Source: Tubulanus polymorphus (taxonomy: Eukaryota > Animalia > Nemertea). From it: DNA of 64,000 nt. The translations under genes and the position numbers were made by a program. Below, piece by piece: positions 59,929-64,000 of the stretch. Position 1 is the first letter of the stretch; each line of letters begins with the position of its first letter. The notes beneath the pieces are model-generated. The model searched no databases, was not told the origin of the DNA, and worked only from the letters and a program-made list of their open reading frames with translations. The stretch lies in contig NC_134025.1 in the NCBI RefSeq assembly GCF_964204645.1, positions 14,508,001 to 14,572,000 of the forward strand, in the 5' to 3' direction.

Positions 59929-62900
59929 TTAACACGTTATAATCCTGTTCATTATTTCCTTTTCTTTCTCTTCTTCCCTTTTAAATTTTAAGTATTCATC
60001 TAAATTGCAACCATACGCGACTGTGTGTATACCATCATCTAATATATATCGTTTATCATCAAATGGATTCAAACTTATCTTCTCTATTTCTTCAATAAAC
60101 ATTTCGTGGTACTCAGATCTTAAACATCTCATCTTATGTTTTCTAACTTCTTCATTGAATATACAATTGATGTAATCTTTGAAATGAATATTCTTTTCTA
60201 CTACACTTTTGGTTATTCCTTTTAACTTTTTAGCTTCATGTTCTTTAGTTTTATATGAATACATTTTAGATCTAATACCGATGAATTCAGTCATTTCTTC
60301 ACCGCCTAATTCATCTTTGAATTTACCGGGAACTTTTTTATTATCATTGCTAAACAATTCATGATGTTTAGGATAATTACTAAAATCAAAATGATGTTTT
60401 AATGTTTTTAAATCATCAGTTATGTTATCAGTTTTTATCTTTAATATGTAACTGTCAGTATCAAAATATAATATTTCTATAAGTTTTTCTCCAAAAAGTG
60501 GTTGTAATATATTATAATAGAATTCATACATTAGTAATTTTGATAATTCTAAAACTGATGCACCAACATAGATTGGTTTATTAAATTTCATTGATGTTCT
60601 TCTCATCTTAACTGCGGCTAAATTTTCATCAAATATTCTGTTACCAATGAACTTAGGATATGATTGTAAATGTCTTATCCTTTTACCATTACTAACTAAC
60701 TCAATATCATTTCTATTTCTAATATTTTCACAAGTCTTACCATAGAATGCATTATTCATTAACTTGAAGAAATCTTTTTCGAAATCAGTTTTAGCTTTAG
60801 TTCCCTGTTTGGTGTTAAAATCTATATATTTTTCTAACCATTTAGATTGACTGAATGAAATATATCTATGTAATTTTTTTAGAATCATTCCTTGATTCAA
60901 ATAAAACTTTAACATTCTGTAATGTACTACATAATTATATTTATCTTCTTGAGATACCATTAACTTTTCTGTATGAATATGATTTTCGGGTTTAATTCTT
61001 TTTTGGTAATTTGATAATTCTTCATGAGTTACAGTTTTATGTTCGGGGCAGTATGCTAGATTTCTAGATTTAAATTTAATATGTTCAGGATATTCTAAAT
61101 CTACAACAAAGAAGTAACCAATATCTGAATCATCTGCAATATCTAGAATTCTTTTCTTCCAATCAAATTTATCATAATTTTCATTCTGTAAAACTTCTCT
61201 TATTTCAAATACTCCATAAGGTTGTGGTTCCATCATTGCCCAACCATACAAATTATTTGCATCTATATATAATAACTTATATCCAGGGTTATCATTTACA
61301 TTGAAATATCTATCACCTAATACACCTGAAACTCCTCCTCTTATAGATTTTTCAAATAATAATAATTGATCTATATTTGTTAACAAATCCATTTTTATAT
61401 CTGTAAATTTTAATCCACAATCCCATGTTAAACCTGGTGATGAATAACAATGACAAGGATCAATGTTAAAATATTTTAGGTTTACATCTCTAAACCTTTC
61501 GAATATATCGGTTAATAATAATACATCTGATTTTAGATATAAATCTACTAATTGCCCATGATTTTCTATTTTTAAATGATTCCAAATATTCAATGTTCTA
61601 TTATAGACTTCATCTTTAACATATTCATTTTTTAATTCATAATAGAATTGTTCTTTTAATAATTCAGTTATGTTAAAATCATTATGATTTTTATAAAATG
61701 AATATGGAATTGCGCCTTTATATCTCATTAATTGAAAATCATCATTATTTGGGTGGTGTTGCTTTAATATTTTTAATTCATCATCAACTAATGATTTTGA
61801 TAAGTTATCTAATGAACTATTTAAAAATCTATATGAATCTATAAATCTTAGACACCCAAATTGGAATGATATATAATTCTTAGCTTGCAAATTGCAATTC
61901 TCATGTGCAGCGCCTCTAAACTTTCCATTCAAATGATCATGGTCTCTTACTTTTTTATCTTTATAATTAAATATCTTTTCACAATAATAACATTTACCTG
62001 CAAACGCAAATGCTTCTTTATCTTCTTCTGTCATTATAATTTCTATATTTGTATTCAATAATTTACTAAATCTTATTTCATATTCAATTAATAAGTCACA
62101 AAAATGATTGATAACATTTTCATTTCTGTAATGATAATATTCACTTTCAATTAGTTCTGGATAATCAGATTTTAAATATAACCCGAAAGCTGCAGCCGAT
62201 TGATGAATCTTTTTAATTGTATTTGTTTTTGGTGGTTCATCTGAAAAATCATTTTCTTTAGAATTTAATTTCTTTCTTTTATAATATATTTCTTTTCTAT
62301 CTTGATCAGTTAGTTCTTTATTTAATGATTCAAAATCTCCATATATTACAAATGGTGCTTTATTTTTGTAATCATATTTTTTGAATTCTAATATTTTATC
62401 TTTTTCATTTGGTAAAACTAATTTACAATAATCATGATTTTCACATAATTGTTTATGATTTAATAATGCACTTTCAGTTCTGAATTTATGTAAACATTTT
62501 CTACATAGATATATTTTATTATCAAAATCATTTTCTGATTTAAAAAATAAATCAATTCTTTTAATCCACATATAATGATTCTCATAATATAATATATCTA
62601 TAACACCATTTGAATCATAATCTTTTGATAGGTATAAAGGTTCTAATGTATAATGTTTTATATTGTTACCTTTTGTATTTGGTAATTTGATTAAATCAAA
62701 TACATTTATCTTTATATTATTATCTCTTTCTATTTTTGGGATGTTTTTAATTCTAACAGGATACTTATCTATCTTATAATTATTTGCAAATGGTTAATAA
62801 TGAGTTAATCTAAAACTATGTGTAATATCTTCTGTTGGGTGTAAACAACTTATAATTGTCCATAGAAAACATTTATCATCAAAATTTTGTACATTTATTA

Positions 62901-63787
62901 CAGCATTAGTTTTAAATGGTAGTTTAATATAACTCGATGCTTCAATATCTGGTTCTTTATAATGATACATTATTTTCATCAATTGGTTTTGATTTAGTTA
63001 ACTTATTAAATTTTGTGTTATAAACATGTTAAGTCATAAATATTATTTCATCAAATATTAAACCAGATCCTTCTAAATATTTCTCTTCTATTTTAGTTTT
63101 TACTTCATTATAACATTTATCTAATTTATCATCTATATGTTGTTTTGATATAATATGTTGTGAATGAGAATTTAGATTATATATTGGTTTATCTTCAGAT
63201 TTTATGAATTTAACTTTAGAAGATATACTAATTTTAGGGTATTCAACATCAGTTATTATTTTTATTATTTCTTTCATATTTTCTAAATGTTTTTTATTTT
63301 CTTCTAATGTTTTTCCTTTATGAAATTTAAACTCGATAGCTGCTGGGCCAATATCACTTTTAAATGCTTCGGTTATCTCTATATCTTTTTTATTATCTAA
63401 TGAATTAATGTAATTTCTTACATCTTCCATGTATGGTCTTTTATTGTTTAATTTATTTTTTATGCTTTTAATTGTCTTCTGTTTCTTATCATTATCTTTA
63501 TCAAAATAATCTTCACCTAAAATATCATTATTCTTATTTCTAATATGACTTTTAGATTTTAAATTTTCTTTATAATATCTTTTATCACTGAATGATTGAT
63601 TACATGTATCACATTTATATTTTTCTTTTTCATTCTTTAATTCATCTAATTTAGTTTCTAATATATCATCTTTATATTCTAGTTTCAATTTATTCTCTAA
63701 ATGTGTTTTAATTTTATTGTGTCTTGCTTTTTGGGATTTATATAGATTGATATTACATGTTGGACAGTAGTACTTATTTGCTTCCAT
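59929..63787 (-). pseudogene. Protein-primed family-B DNA polymerase with Zn fingers and endonuclease-VII-like insert; N-terminal part broken by frameshifts and stops
   Basis: SSYIKLP..INVQNFDDKCFLW, YGDFES, RDHDHLNGKFRGAAH..CNL, YLKSDV, IRGGVS, DANNLYGWAM, KLMNNAFYGKT, YFDTDS, KLKGI. Confidence 0.95.
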
Positions 63788-64000
63788 TTTAATATCAAAT
63801 TTTTTATTAAAATTGATTTTAGAAGTTATTCATTTTTATTTTATTCATATATATGAATATTTTAAGAGTAATAGGGAATAAGTTGTTTCATATCAAAGGT
63901 TGAAGGGGCGAGTGAGTAAAAAATAAAAAATAAATTCGAGTTTGCGAGAATTTATTTTTTATTTTTTATGAGCTCGACCCTTCGACCTTTGGTATGAAAC
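63674..64000 (-). repeat. Right TIR of Polinton-B (truncated by the window edge)
   Basis: Reverse complement of 46729-47055. Confidence 0.95.

Larger units (their letters stand above)
46711..64000. mobile_element. Polinton/Maverick element B (EndoVII-containing pPolB lineage), very AT-rich; right end predicted about 18 bp beyond the window
   Basis: Starts AGTAAT. TIR 46711-47055 is the reverse complement of 63674-64000+. Encodes integrase, ATPase, MCP, mCP and pPolB. Confidence 0.95.

Noticed and set aside
46711-64000. Prophage, bacterial contamination or alternative genetic code
   Set aside because: The gene set is Polinton-type with a chromodomain integrase, the breaks are mostly frameshifts rather than one recurring stop codon, and the element is joined to host repeats.

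Overview
AT-rich eukaryotic DNA, probably from an invertebrate animal, dominated by two different endogenous Polinton/Maverick (adintovirus-like) elements. Polinton-A (228-15058) is complete with TIRs and a 6-bp TSD but decaying. It encodes pPolB, an integrase with chromodomain, a packaging ATPase, major and minor capsids and an adenain protease. Its cargo looks nuclear: a TBP homolog, a spliced tandem-PC4 gene, a spliced C2H2 gene, and a RING gene followed by a replication-dependent histone-type stem-loop plus a CAAGAAAGA U7-type element. Polinton-B (46711 to beyond 64000) is extremely AT-rich, with no introns or protease that I could see. Most of its genes start with TAAATG (poxvirus-late-like), each TIR ends in a 152-bp hairpin palindrome, and a giant-virus-type HNH nuclease carries a duplicate of the pPolB C-terminus. 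Between them lie a BEL/Pao LTR element with its integrase deleted, several MITEs, a G2E3-like HECT pseudogene, an intronless ODAD1/CCDC63-family ciliary gene, LINE fragments and tandem repeats. All calls come from reading motifs by eye; no searches were run.
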